In this document: one piece after another, positions 48,189 to 58,422 of the stretch
Position numbering within the stretch: position 1 is the stretch's first letter
How the letters are laid out: every line of letters starts with the position of its first letter
IMG/VR virus record: IMGVR_UViG_3300050158_000056
Coordinates: 1 to 64,000 of that record
Length of the DNA stretch: 64,000 bases
Origin: a virus
Reading direction: 5' to 3' (one strand)
Notes under the pieces: model-generated
Told to the model about the DNA's origin: nothing
Seen by the model: the letters and a program-made list of their open reading frames with translations, nothing else
Databases searched by the model: none
Translations under genes and position numbers: made by a program

Positions 48189-48214
48189 GTAATATAGTGT
48201 TTTAATTCGTTTCA
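48189..48214 (-). promoter_or_regulatory. early promoter of chimallin (TGA-N14-CTATATTAC)
   Basis: minus strand TGAaacgaattaaaacaCTATATTAC. Confidence 0.7.
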
Positions 48215-48356
48215 AATTTTGAGCTATCTGTAAATATACGCATAGAGGGTGTCAGTAACGCATTCCAAATGGAATGCACTAGTGATCATGTAATAGTATA
48301 CGCAAGTAATCTAAAAAAAAATATCTAATCAAGCCACGCTGCTTCTGATCGTATGA

Positions 48357-49532
48357 ATGATGTATATAGGTGAGCTTATGATCAGCGTTAATTTTACAAA
48401 GTACCTGAAACCAGTTCCTTCCAGATATCTACCTCGAGTCAATTTATTTGTAGACTACCTAGGGTTAAAGATTAAGGATGGTATATCTAGAGCTAGTTAC
48501 ACATCTGTAAATAGTTATGGAGCCAGACTCCTTATTGAGATCACTAAGACTGTGGACTTATCAGAAGTCTTAAGTATGAAAGATCCATCTGATTATTTAC
48601 TATCTATAACTAAAGATCTAGAGAAGTTTATAGATGTCCGTACAGGTAAACATACGACTAAATCTCTCTTTGTAAATACTAAGCAGAACTGCTTCGAACT
48701 CATCACTCCATCTAGACGTCGTAATCCTCTCCAGGAAATACCCTTAGAAAAGGATTATAATCATCCTGAGTGGAGTAAGATTAGACCACTGCGTATAATC
48801 GACATGAGCGCCTGTGATCTTACTTATAAGGTCTATAATGGTAGATTGGATTACTACTCCAGAGGACCTACCTATGTGGTGTATAGTCTAGACTGTTTTG
48901 CTCTAGTGGTTAAGTTCTTATCCTATTATAAATCTACTAAACATACCAATGATCTAGATCAGTTACTATTAGACTTTCTACATAATGAAATCATAGTACC
49001 TACTCTCCTAAGTGACTCAGTGGCCCTGTGGTTACGCAATGTCTATAAGCAGCAATTAATTACCTCATCTAGACTAGAGTCTAGTACAGCTACTATTTGG
49101 GACAATGTGAATATAGACACATTAGGTACTGACTTTAGTGGAGCTATGGTGGATATACAGCATCTCAAAAATGATTTGCGTAATGAGAATATATCTACAC
49201 TGACGGTATTATCGTCCTTAATAATGAGTCCAGATGGTAGTAGCTTTACCGATTACTATTTGGATATATGTGAGACTAGTATGCTACCTGATCAACAGCC
49301 TTATGTCTGGGTAGAATGTTTGAAGCATTTAGCATGGGCTGAGTTTATATTACTGGTGTCTTCATATACACCTAGTTTACCCGACTCAGTATCATTCAAG
49401 AAGAACCTCCTTAGAGATATTAGATTCTGGCTTATGATGAAACCATATCAGATGATAGCTGGATCTATACCTTATAGAAATATCATACGAGCTAAATTAG
49501 AAGGTATGTATGATTATCTCAAAGAACAATGA
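48357..49532 (+). CDS. hypothetical phiKZ-like protein
   Basis: 391-aa ORF, WSKIRPLRI motif, convergent on structural operon. Confidence 0.6.
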   Translation: MMYIGELMISVNFTKYLKPVPSRYLPRVNLFVDYLGLKIKDGISRASYTSVNSYGARLLIEITKTVDLSEVLSMKDPSDYLLSITKDLEKFIDVRTGKHTTKSLFVNTKQNCFELITPSRRRNPLQEIPLEKDYNHPEWSKIRPLRIIDMSACDLTYKVYNGRLDYYSRGPTYVVYSLDCFALVVKFLSYYKSTKHTNDLDQLLLDFLHNEIIVPTLLSDSVALWLRNVYKQQLITSSRLESSTATIWDNVNIDTLGTDFSGAMVDIQHLKNDLRNENISTLTVLSSLIMSPDGSSFTDYYLDICETSMLPDQQPYVWVECLKHLAWAEFILLVSSYTPSLPDSVSFKKNLLRDIRFWLMMKPYQMIAGSIPYRNIIRAKLEGMYDYLKEQ

Positions 49533-49542
49533 TAGATAGATA

Positions 49543-49570
49543 GTGAGTAGGGCCTTGAGGCCCTACTCAC
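49543..49570. terminator. hairpin between convergent genes
   Basis: GTGAGTAGGGCCT-tg-AGGCCCTACTCAC. Confidence 0.75.
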
Positions 49571-49607
49571 CTAATTATACAAACCAGAGCACTTATTCTC
49601 GACATCA

Positions 49608-50915
49608 CTACGTCACTACAGTCTCGTTCGTAGATAGTCTCAAAATCATATCACCACTACATCCGAATATATCATGTTTATCCACTCGTTGTATTCTAAC
49701 AATTCGATAAGTAGCTTGTTCTATGATACCTGTCTTCTTCAAAACAGTACCATTACGGTCGTAGTAATACTTTACCACCTGACATGGATCGATTACAAAC
49801 GGATTAGCATTCTGCCATGTTACACTCATCAAGCTAGCTTGATGAGCTGCTATTTCCGACATACTGGGATATGGATTATCGGTGTGTTTTACATACTTCA
49901 TATTAGTACTAGTACCACTTAACGGTCTTACCCCATCTAGTGATATTTTTAAAGATGGATCTTGAGTAAACTGCGCCCCATCTCTACTATCTAGAGTAGT
50001 AATCCCATCTGTCATTCTAGAGGATCGCATAAACATAAATCCAGTACCTACGTTCTCAGCTCCAGCAATAGATAAGTCATATGAGTGAGGCTGGGTGTTT
50101 ATGACTACTGATACTGTTTTACTATTATCCTCGATCGAATGATAGCTACTAGCCCCCGCATATCTACCGGTATCTACCTGATAGAAGTAAATATGCTTAT
50201 CATAGGTAATCGCAGTATCAAAAGCAGGATAGATGTATAACACTCCATCCGTGAAATAAGAGTTTATCCCCTTAGTATACACACCACATTTAGATTGTAG
50301 ATACAAATAAATACTCTCGATACCCTGATAGGATCCTAAATCAATATGGTCATATACATGCGTATTATCAGGTTCTACTAGATGGATACTTTTGATATCG
50401 AACATATGAGTGATAGCTAAGATAACATCTTTCACACTGGCTTTTTGGAAGATGTTATTGATCTTAGTAGTCCGTAGAGTATATATCGTCTTCTCGATTA
50501 GTCTTACAGATATATACTCAGAAGGTTCTGTGTACAAATGCACATCAGGGACAGACTTCCTAATATCTCTAGGATTATTGATCATAGCACAATATTGTTT
50601 TTGTACAGGAGCGATATGGTGGACACCGTTACCATACTTATCCAAATATGTAACTGTTAATACCACTATGAGATTTTGACCACTATCCTGGAGGATGGCA
50701 TAGTCTTTTGGACTGATGATAAAATTCAGATCGATTTCATCAGCAAAGTTTCCAGCGTAGTCACGATTGATAGTGATGCGATCTATTCGAAATGGATAGA
50801 ACGATAAAGTAGCACCTGGACTACTGCTCATGAAGTGAGCTTCTATCGTGAATTGATTTGGGTAGTCATACTTCATAATGGTGTCAGTGAGGTAGACTAA
50901 TGTTTGATTTATCAC
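49608..50915 (-). CDS. putative baseplate hub-like virion protein
   Basis: RDYAGNFADEI, VEPDN..YDH, YLQSKCGVY..G..Y, YIYPAFD, WQNANP pattern of phiKZ-like structural proteins. Confidence 0.6.
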   Translation of the reverse strand: MINQTLVYLTDTIMKYDYPNQFTIEAHFMSSSPGATLSFYPFRIDRITINRDYAGNFADEIDLNFIISPKDYAILQDSGQNLIVVLTVTYLDKYGNGVHHIAPVQKQYCAMINNPRDIRKSVPDVHLYTEPSEYISVRLIEKTIYTLRTTKINNIFQKASVKDVILAITHMFDIKSIHLVEPDNTHVYDHIDLGSYQGIESIYLYLQSKCGVYTKGINSYFTDGVLYIYPAFDTAITYDKHIYFYQVDTGRYAGASSYHSIEDNSKTVSVVINTQPHSYDLSIAGAENVGTGFMFMRSSRMTDGITTLDSRDGAQFTQDPSLKISLDGVRPLSGTSTNMKYVKHTDNPYPSMSEIAAHQASLMSVTWQNANPFVIDPCQVVKYYYDRNGTVLKKTGIIEQATYRIVRIQRVDKHDIFGCSGDMILRLSTNETVVT

Positions 50916-50921
50916 AATCGA

Positions 50922-51635
50922 TTACCTCTTTAAAAAGTCATCAAAATTAAAGTCTCTACCATCATCGTTAATCACATGGTCAGAAGATAGACCTAGAGAG
51001 CTTCCTATATCGATTCTAACGTCCTCTACAGCCTCCTTAGGTACTATCGCCTCCACTGAGTAGGGAGGTTTAGCTCTGGCTCTCAGCGGGTCTAATTCGT
51101 CCTCATTGGATCTAAGGCCTCCACCCATCTTCATGAGATAAAGGAGATTCTGAGTAGGATCATTATTAGGATAGAGTCGCTCTAGGGCACTCGGATTCAT
51201 CTTCATAAATCGATAATAGTGTTTATAGACTTCAGCCCGCCATTTAAGCATGAGATTTACATAGTCGATGACTCTTTCACTACCCATCTCTACATCTACT
51301 TTAAGAGATACTAGATACCGATCTATCCCATCGAATACTTCGACGATCTCTTCTTCATACACTAGTTCAAATTCCACTTGCTTGTGGAACATGACTAACA
51401 TACCTTCAAGAGAGAAAGCTGATTTGACTATCTGGTCATGCGATAAAGGTTGATAGAAAGGAGTCGTGTCTCTACGTCTAGTAGAGACACTCTTCCATGA
51501 GTTAGGTCGTTCTAGTTTTCTAGGAGTGCGATTGATCATTTCACTAGGTGTATTTGGATCATAGTACGCAGGTATGAATACTTCAAACTCACGCTTCTTA
51601 ACAAACTCTACAGCTGATAAATATAGTTTAGCCAT
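50922..51635 (-). CDS. hypothetical protein in structural operon
   Basis: operon context. Confidence 0.6.
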   Translation of the reverse strand: MAKLYLSAVEFVKKREFEVFIPAYYDPNTPSEMINRTPRKLERPNSWKSVSTRRRDTTPFYQPLSHDQIVKSAFSLEGMLVMFHKQVEFELVYEEEIVEVFDGIDRYLVSLKVDVEMGSERVIDYVNLMLKWRAEVYKHYYRFMKMNPSALERLYPNNDPTQNLLYLMKMGGGLRSNEDELDPLRARAKPPYSVEAIVPKEAVEDVRIDIGSSLGLSSDHVINDDGRDFNFDDFLKR

Positions 51636-51638
51636 ATA

Positions 51639-52937
51639 CTAGATCCCACCTGAATTATAACCCATACCTGGGGCATCGATACTACGGTACTGAGCCTGAA
51701 GGCTTTGGTCTATAAGATGCATGTATAGCGGGATATAGTAAAATTGAGTATCGAGAGGTAGCGCATATACTGTATCTAGATAATCAGCTATAAGACTAGT
51801 AAGATCTCCAGCAGTACGGATGGTGATAGCATCATATATCCGATGTTCAAACGCAGTCATATTCACAGTATCTTTAGAATAGAATGCTTGAGTAAACAAA
51901 TAGAACTCACCAGCACTGGCATCACTAGTAGGTAGGAGTACCGATCTACCATGTAGTTCGGTATTGAATACCCCCAGTCTACCCTCTCTACATGCCTGGA
52001 TCTGCCCGTAAAAAGATACACCATTAAGGCTCGTGTTATATCGATCTTCTATCCTCGCCCAGATACTCTGATTGTACAGTAATGGATTTTTACCATAGAG
52101 ATTCTTAGCTCTGATATTGACTTCTTCGAATGTAATCTTGTTAGATACAAACTGTACCAGATTAGGATCATATATCCCATCTGGTCTAGCATAACTACAA
52201 ATATTAGGATCGAAGAATGTCTGATGAAAGTATCTAGCTAGATTAGATCTGACAGCCTTTATCTTCTGTAGCTGTAAATAAGTAGTCTCAGATAAGAGCG
52301 CTGCTGTACCACCTAGATAATTCTCTTTACTAAATATTGAGGTGATCGTAACTGACCCCTCGATGGCTGACATATCAGATTCATCTAGGAATGATTGGAT
52401 AGAGAATCTAACGGCATAGACTCTATCAGTACGCCACGTCATAGGGGTGACGGAGGATATACGGAATATACCTACTCTACCGTCACCAGTACCAGTTAAA
52501 AATATATCTCCGATGTTAGCATTCATGTTGGGATACATGACAGCTTCACCAGAAATATTAGCACTGGCATTTTCATTATTAGCGGTGAAATCGAATGCCT
52601 TAGGTATAGTGATCTCTAGATTGATGATCTTTTGGTATTCGGCATTAAGGACATCTCGAGTGGTGGCATAGTCAGCTATGTTAGTCCTAATGTTAGACCC
52701 TTGAGTATTGAGCTGTCTATAGTAAGTCACTAGAGTGCGCTTACCCTTAATAAACCCAGCTAGCATCTGAGTCGTCTCAGGGTAAGATGATTTGTCTATA
52801 GCTAGTTTGTTTAAGTTACTGTCACCGACATATGGCATGTTGTTTACAACATCAGCCATACTGTTAGGGATCTCATTAGGTACGTTGTTCTGACCCGATG
52901 TTGTAAGTGAGAACCCTGAGCGGGGTGTTAAAGCCAT
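51639..52937 (-). CDS. putative virion structural (neck/head-tail) protein
   Basis: VTYYRQ, YQKIINLEI, GDIFL..GDGRVGIF, YYIPL motifs. Confidence 0.6.
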   Translation of the reverse strand: MALTPRSGFSLTTSGQNNVPNEIPNSMADVVNNMPYVGDSNLNKLAIDKSSYPETTQMLAGFIKGKRTLVTYYRQLNTQGSNIRTNIADYATTRDVLNAEYQKIINLEITIPKAFDFTANNENASANISGEAVMYPNMNANIGDIFLTGTGDGRVGIFRISSVTPMTWRTDRVYAVRFSIQSFLDESDMSAIEGSVTITSIFSKENYLGGTAALLSETTYLQLQKIKAVRSNLARYFHQTFFDPNICSYARPDGIYDPNLVQFVSNKITFEEVNIRAKNLYGKNPLLYNQSIWARIEDRYNTSLNGVSFYGQIQACREGRLGVFNTELHGRSVLLPTSDASAGEFYLFTQAFYSKDTVNMTAFEHRIYDAITIRTAGDLTSLIADYLDTVYALPLDTQFYYIPLYMHLIDQSLQAQYRSIDAPGMGYNSGGI

Positions 52938-54753
52938 AGTAGCCTCCTGTGCCTTGGTAATACGGATAAATTACATCATTGGGTTTAAGATACTGATCAG
53001 GCACATTCGTTAGATCTATAAAGCCTCGCTTTAGACACTCTTCGATAAACACTACTAACAATGACCTACCAGATACTGACGCTACTGTGGAATAATACTC
53101 ACGCACCAACACACTAGTACTATCACTCCCGGTGGGTAGGGTATACGTGATATTTTGAGATTGAGTATATGCCATATAGTCAGCTAACTGACTAGGATTT
53201 TGAGTATAGCTATATATCTCATTGGTGATCTCATTATTAGTGACCATACCAGATAACACTGACTTAATCTGACCATTGTTAAATAGTTTAGATATCAAAG
53301 ATATCGTCCTATTCTCAGTAGCGATATAGAAGTACTTATTCTTAATCAGTCTTTGTATATTACGCTCGATAGTCATCGGGAAGAAGTATCTATATTTAAC
53401 CAAGATATTGTCCCACAGCGTGTCTGTCTTTTGTAGATTAGTAGTTTCAGATACGACTAAGTGATACGACTTATCATTGCGATTGGATGTCACGGATAGA
53501 TTTAGGTTTTCATCTATATTTAATAGATTCTTACCTAATCTAGTGTCATCAGCAAATACCCCTATATGAAACAAGCCACCAAAATCAAAGACACTGCTTC
53601 CAGTCTGTTTTAATATATCCTGTACAATCGGATGTAAGGTTACATCGTCTAGTGTCGCTATATTAAATGTAGTCATAGGACCATCTAGTGTAAAGTGAGC
53701 TACTATCACTGGTCGATAATTATACCTAGCGTAATACGTATCAGCTACAAACCAGTCATCATAAGCGGGTAATCTAGTGATCTGATGAGCATTATTGTAA
53801 TTACCATAGGACCGTTTCATGAACTCATTACACATGAGGTCCTGATAAACACCAGCCACATTGGGATTGTAGGTGTAATTGATCAGACAGTTTTCAAATA
53901 AACCATATGGGAGTACTGTGTTATCCACAGAGACTGGTGTGTGGACAGCTATGAGATTAGGTCTACCAAACTGTACAGTCAAATTAAAGTTTACTGTAAA
54001 GCTATCTGGTAGCTGATCTACCATATGTCCTTCAGGTTCTCTTTGATCCATATTGAGCTGTGCTAAACAGTTTAACTGCTGACACCTGATCATGAGCTGC
54101 TTATCAGCATTTGGTTTATCTAACTGAGACTTCCTGACATCGAAACTAATCTGAGTTTTCTTTTTGTCATTAATGTAGTCCAACAGAGTTTTACCATTGT
54201 AATCTGATTTAGCTTTCCATACTTCTGTGAGGAGCTGCAGTAGTCCAAATGATACTGGATAACTAAATGATAGATCGAATGGTTTCTGGATGAGTGATCC
54301 AGTATACTTAGTTTTAATTGTATCAAATGTGCGACATGCGTCATCATACGTCTGAAACGACAATATGAAATCCATACTGATCCCACATGCGACAGTCAAA
54401 TGTTCTATTAAGATACCGGCGTCTGTGTCAATTAGGATAGGTGTATGATTACCCTTCTGGTTATTTCTAATACCATATGCAGGAGTAGTATAAGGACTAT
54501 CTACTGGCCATGGTACCTGAGACTTATCCATGATGTAATCGACTTTGACATCACATCTGTTCTTGACTAGCGTAATAGCACCATTGCCATCATTGTACTG
54601 AGAGTAGGCGGTGAACTCATTTAAGATATAAACTGCATTCTGGAAATATCTTACTAGATCGAGTTCGTCTAATAGACCTGTCACTACTTGATTTGTGACA
54701 GTATTTAAAATATTTATTCCTGTGGATTCCGTATGAAAATAGACTGTAGGCAT
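52876..54753 (-). CDS. putative virion structural protein
   Basis: MPTV start, RP..VHTPVSVDN, LPAYDDW motifs as in phiKZ-like structural proteins. Confidence 0.6.
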   Translation of the reverse strand: MPTVYFHTESTGINILNTVTNQVVTGLLDELDLVRYFQNAVYILNEFTAYSQYNDGNGAITLVKNRCDVKVDYIMDKSQVPWPVDSPYTTPAYGIRNNQKGNHTPILIDTDAGILIEHLTVACGISMDFILSFQTYDDACRTFDTIKTKYTGSLIQKPFDLSFSYPVSFGLLQLLTEVWKAKSDYNGKTLLDYINDKKKTQISFDVRKSQLDKPNADKQLMIRCQQLNCLAQLNMDQREPEGHMVDQLPDSFTVNFNLTVQFGRPNLIAVHTPVSVDNTVLPYGLFENCLINYTYNPNVAGVYQDLMCNEFMKRSYGNYNNAHQITRLPAYDDWFVADTYYARYNYRPVIVAHFTLDGPMTTFNIATLDDVTLHPIVQDILKQTGSSVFDFGGLFHIGVFADDTRLGKNLLNIDENLNLSVTSNRNDKSYHLVVSETTNLQKTDTLWDNILVKYRYFFPMTIERNIQRLIKNKYFYIATENRTISLISKLFNNGQIKSVLSGMVTNNEITNEIYSYTQNPSQLADYMAYTQSQNITYTLPTGSDSTSVLVREYYSTVASVSGRSLLVVFIEECLKRGFIDLTNVPDQYLKPNDVIYPYYQGTGGYYGFNTPLRVLTYNIGSEQRT

Positions 54754-54838
54754 TTATAATACCTTTGATATTTATATAGAGGAAGTCATAGCATGAAAAT
54801 GATTTCTAGCTGCTATATTAAATAGCTCATGAAATCCT

Positions 54839-56134
54839 ATGATAATCTTAATAAGTGCCGCCGAACTCGTGTGGAGTAAGCTGATGAGTAATAACCTTTT
54901 AAATTCCCCTAGACTATTCACATATGTTTCGTCTATAGTCGATCGTAAGATTCGTCCACTGTCTTTGAGTCTATCGACCTCGCTTGGACTACTAAGATCA
55001 CTAGTGACTTCATCTAAGACATCTGCTGATGCATCGGATGCATCAGCCTATGCTTCTAATCTTAGTGCCATATCCTCTCAGGCGGCGTTAGACTACTTTA
55101 AGTCGCACTTCATAGGTGTATACCCATCTGACCCTACAGTCGCGTCCTACGGTCACGCTATCGCTAATAACGCTATATATGTTAGATCGACAGATGGCAG
55201 ACTGCGCTGGGTCACTAGTGTAGATGGCAGTGGTAATCCTACATGGGGCGATGCTAATGTGTTAGCGTTCCCTGTAATGCCTGGCACTCTCACGATCCAG
55301 GGTACTGGTAATAATGCAGCATTGATTCTGGATAATCAAAATACAGCCACCGATTACCGCATCGTAGCTAAAGATGATGGTCATCTAGCTATCGTGGATA
55401 ATTCCAATGGTACTGAACTATTGGTTATTGTAGCTGGTATATTAAAGACTGGAGCAGGTGCTGTATTCTGGAATGCTAACAACGATGGATCTGGATCAGG
55501 ATTAGACGCTGATCTACTCGATGGTCTAGATTCTACAGTGTTTGCTAAGTGGGCTGGTGGTACATTTACTAACACCATTACTGTACAAGGCGATGTATAC
55601 ACTTACAAGTCTGGTGGTACTACAGGAGCGGTCTATCTAAATAGTGCCGGTACTAGATATCTATATAACGATGGTACTAGTTACTTCCTACCCAGTCAAC
55701 AATTGTATATCAATGGCGCATTGGCCTGGAACTCAGCTAATGACGGTAGCGGGTCAGGTATGGATACTGATTTATTCAGAGGCCAGACGGATGCTATATT
55801 TATTAAGAAATCCGAAATCCTATATGGGTCAAATGCCAATGGTTATTGGCGCAGTGAGCCCGTATCCGGTGGTAAGTTTCTACTAGTACAGTATGGACCA
55901 GGTAGTGCTGGTGAACCAACCAGTGGGCCATTCACGTTCCCCAAAACATTTGATGTAGGAAGTATAGCTGAAATAGATTTTCAGGTAACTGCGACTGGGG
56001 GTAATGCTGGTGCCACCAGTGGCGATGATGTGGGTGGTAACGTGAATACTACTTCTACCTATACTCTATTTTCGGATGATGGTACCAAAGGGGTACGTTG
56101 GAGAGCAGAAGCTATTGTCAACAGTGTTCCTTAA
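54839..56134 (+). CDS. tail fiber protein
   Basis: two W..NDGSGSG.D.DL repeats, GSNANGYW..VQYG..FPKTF C-terminal domain; start may be downstream. Confidence 0.75.
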   Translation: MIILISAAELVWSKLMSNNLLNSPRLFTYVSSIVDRKIRPLSLSLSTSLGLLRSLVTSSKTSADASDASAYASNLSAISSQAALDYFKSHFIGVYPSDPTVASYGHAIANNAIYVRSTDGRLRWVTSVDGSGNPTWGDANVLAFPVMPGTLTIQGTGNNAALILDNQNTATDYRIVAKDDGHLAIVDNSNGTELLVIVAGILKTGAGAVFWNANNDGSGSGLDADLLDGLDSTVFAKWAGGTFTNTITVQGDVYTYKSGGTTGAVYLNSAGTRYLYNDGTSYFLPSQQLYINGALAWNSANDGSGSGMDTDLFRGQTDAIFIKKSEILYGSNANGYWRSEPVSGGKFLLVQYGPGSAGEPTSGPFTFPKTFDVGSIAEIDFQVTATGGNAGATSGDDVGGNVNTTSTYTLFSDDGTKGVRWRAEAIVNSVP

Positions 56135-56150
56135 TTAATGGAGTAATCTC

Positions 56151-56588
56151 ATGACATATTCAATAGGAACATACGACAGCACTACACAGACTGTCCCAGT
56201 GACATTCGATCTCAATGGTCGTACGTATGTTAGATCCATACAGGCAGTATTGGACAATGGTACTACCTATAATGCGGTGGCCACTGATCTAATAGTGCAG
56301 AAACTAGTATCTGGTCAGATGTATCGATCGGAAATCGAAGACTCATTAACAGGTGGCCATCTTAGTCCTACTAAATGGACCAGATTAGGTGCTATCTATA
56401 AGTTCATTTTAAATGGTACTGGCTTAGTAACGATAGACACACTGCTACGTGATAAAGTCACTATCAGTACATCAGTCACATCCTTTTCAGCTACTGGTAC
56501 TGAGACTATCCAGTACTATGTGTTTAATACTAATGTCGGGTACATTAGAGCGACACTTACAGGTACTGCCACTGCTGAATTAGTATAA
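56151..56588 (+). CDS. tail-fiber-associated protein
   Basis: IGTYD..TVPVTF..R.I.AVLD..Y...AT N-domain shared with 59199-59651. Confidence 0.55.
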   Translation: MTYSIGTYDSTTQTVPVTFDLNGRTYVRSIQAVLDNGTTYNAVATDLIVQKLVSGQMYRSEIEDSLTGGHLSPTKWTRLGAIYKFILNGTGLVTIDTLLRDKVTISTSVTSFSATGTETIQYYVFNTNVGYIRATLTGTATAELV

Positions 56589-56593
56589 TCGTC

Positions 56594-56629
56594 ATAATGG
56601 ATTAGTGGGCTGTCCCACTAATCCATTAT
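56594..56629 (+). terminator. terminator hairpin
   Basis: ATAATGGATTAGTGGG-ctgt-CCCACTAATCCATTAT. Confidence 0.65.
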
Positions 56630-56663
56630 CTTTCTCTCACATAGATTAAATAGGGATATTTTC

Positions 56664-57380
56664 ATGGTAGATGTTACAGCCACACAGACGGCTCTCTTAG
56701 CCTTTGGTTACAATCCTGGTCCGATAGATGGATCATGGGGTAGAGGTACGATGACGGCTATCTTGTGTCACCAGGTACAAAGACAGCCTGACGCGATGTT
56801 AAAGATGTTTGGTCAAGCGCTGGCTAATGAACTACCTAAACACGGTATTACCGCCACTAAGTTTAGACTAGCCGAGTTCATGGCAGAGACATCTCATGAG
56901 ACGGGTGGGTATACCAGATTCGAAGAGAACATGCATTACTCAGCTAAGCGACTCATGCAAGTATGGCCTAATCGATTTAAGACGCTACAATCAGCATTAC
57001 CCTATGCTTGGGACCCGACTGATCCAGACAAAGAAGATGTAGCTCTAGCTAATTATGTCTATGGTACTCGCATGGGTAATGAATCTAATGGTACTAGCGA
57101 TGATGATGGGTGGGATAACCGTGGTGGGGGCCTTATCCAACATACTGGCAAAGCTGAGTATGCCATCCTAAAGAGTCATCTAGGACTCACGTCTGAACAA
57201 ATTCATACAGATCCGGCATCTATGGTATTGGCCGTATGCGACTACTGGGATCGCGTTAAAGCTAATGACTATATCGATCGTAGTAACTTCGTCGATTTAC
57301 GTAAGCGTGTGAATGGTGGCACGCTGGGTGTAGACGATGTAGCAGCTAAGCGTAATCGTAGTCTGTTAGTCATTAAGTAA
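56664..57380 (+). CDS. endolysin: PG-binding domain plus GH19 catalytic domain
   Basis: QTALLAFGYNPGPIDGSWG; FMAETSHETGG, EN, RGGGLIQHTG, VNGG. Confidence 0.9.
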   Translation: MVDVTATQTALLAFGYNPGPIDGSWGRGTMTAILCHQVQRQPDAMLKMFGQALANELPKHGITATKFRLAEFMAETSHETGGYTRFEENMHYSAKRLMQVWPNRFKTLQSALPYAWDPTDPDKEDVALANYVYGTRMGNESNGTSDDDGWDNRGGGLIQHTGKAEYAILKSHLGLTSEQIHTDPASMVLAVCDYWDRVKANDYIDRSNFVDLRKRVNGGTLGVDDVAAKRNRSLLVIK

Positions 57381-57409
57381 TACTAGTATCCATCTTTAGG
57401 AGGATTACT

Positions 57410-58093
57410 ATGAACATAATTAGTACTATACTCTCTTTTCTAATGCCTCCTTTAGCGATACCGCTCACACTCTTTAAGAAACTATTCTCATGGAGACCTC
57501 CTCTATCCACAGTAATTGTCGGAGTACTGTTAGTCCTAACTACATTAGGATTCGGTATTCAGACAATTAGGATCGATGGATTCCATATAAGACCTAACTT
57601 AGGACTGTTTAAGTTTACTCTGGTATCTATAGATGGATATAAAGAGATTAACCTAAAATTAACTAATGCTTTAGCAGAGCGAGAAAGACTAGAAAAAGTA
57701 GCCAGACAAGATCAAGCTACAGTCAATCAACAATCTGCTATTATCAGTAGACAATTAGCGGAGACTACTAATGAAACTCATCCAGTTTCCTCAGCTCAAA
57801 TTAAAGATGCGATCGCTGTGTATGCTAGTACCCATCGCGCTCCTGAGTGCGTGCGGGGACCCGGCTCCAGTGTACTCGACGGGAAAGCCAGTGTGCGTGG
57901 ACCCGATAGTCCTACCCCGAGTGGCGACCAGTCCAACGTGGCACCCAGAATGGTGGTCATTTCCGAAGACGAACTCAACCACTGGGCCAACAATACCAAA
58001 GACCTCGACGAACTGCGAACGTATCTTAAAGGCTTAATCGATCGTGGTATAGCAGTACGATGGAACGATGGTACAGTTCATAGCGGTGAATGA
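57410..58093 (+). CDS. inner-membrane spanin (Rz-like)
   Basis: N-terminal TM, coiled coil, follows endolysin, embeds lipoprotein gene. Confidence 0.75.
   Translation: MNIISTILSFLMPPLAIPLTLFKKLFSWRPPLSTVIVGVLLVLTTLGFGIQTIRIDGFHIRPNLGLFKFTLVSIDGYKEINLKLTNALAERERLEKVARQDQATVNQQSAIISRQLAETTNETHPVSSAQIKDAIAVYASTHRAPECVRGPGSSVLDGKASVRGPDSPTPSGDQSNVAPRMVVISEDELNHWANNTKDLDELRTYLKGLIDRGIAVRWNDGTVHSGE
57807..58037 (+). CDS. outer-membrane spanin lipoprotein (Rz1-like), embedded in +1 frame
   Basis: MRSLCMLVPIALLSA-C lipobox, Pro-rich mature region. Confidence 0.75.
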   Translation: MRSLCMLVPIALLSACGDPAPVYSTGKPVCVDPIVLPRVATSPTWHPEWWSFPKTNSTTGPTIPKTSTNCERILKA

Positions 58094-58095
58094 TT

Positions 58096-58127
58096 TATAG
58101 TAGAGGGTCACATGACCCTCTACTATA
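58096..58127 (+). terminator. terminator hairpin
   Basis: TATAGTAGAGGGTCA-ca-TGACCCTCTACTATA followed by TTTT. Confidence 0.75.
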
Positions 58128-58156
58128 TTTTGATTACTTTTGAAAAGGATCTATAA

Positions 58157-58414
58157 ATGACTAAGTTTAGCGCGTTTGGGAATGCCAATTCGATAAGCGG
58201 AAGTGAGCTTATTCCAGTAGCTGACGAAGGCGTCAATAAAACTATATCGGTGAATAGTCTACAGAATCATATCTTAACAACTCCTAAGAGTGGTACTACA
58301 GCTAATAGACCCACAGGTGTACCAGTGGGCTATCAGTATTATGACAGTACTCTGAGTAAGCCAGTATGGTACAATAGCGCGGTGTGGAAAGATGCGTCTG
58401 GTACGACAGTGTAA
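58157..58414 (+). CDS. small fiber-like virion protein
   Basis: GTTANRP..GYQYYDSTLSKPVWY..W motif typical of tail fiber/spike termini. Confidence 0.65.
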   Translation: MTKFSAFGNANSISGSELIPVADEGVNKTISVNSLQNHILTTPKSGTTANRPTGVPVGYQYYDSTLSKPVWYNSAVWKDASGTTV

Positions 58415-58422
58415 CCAAACAA

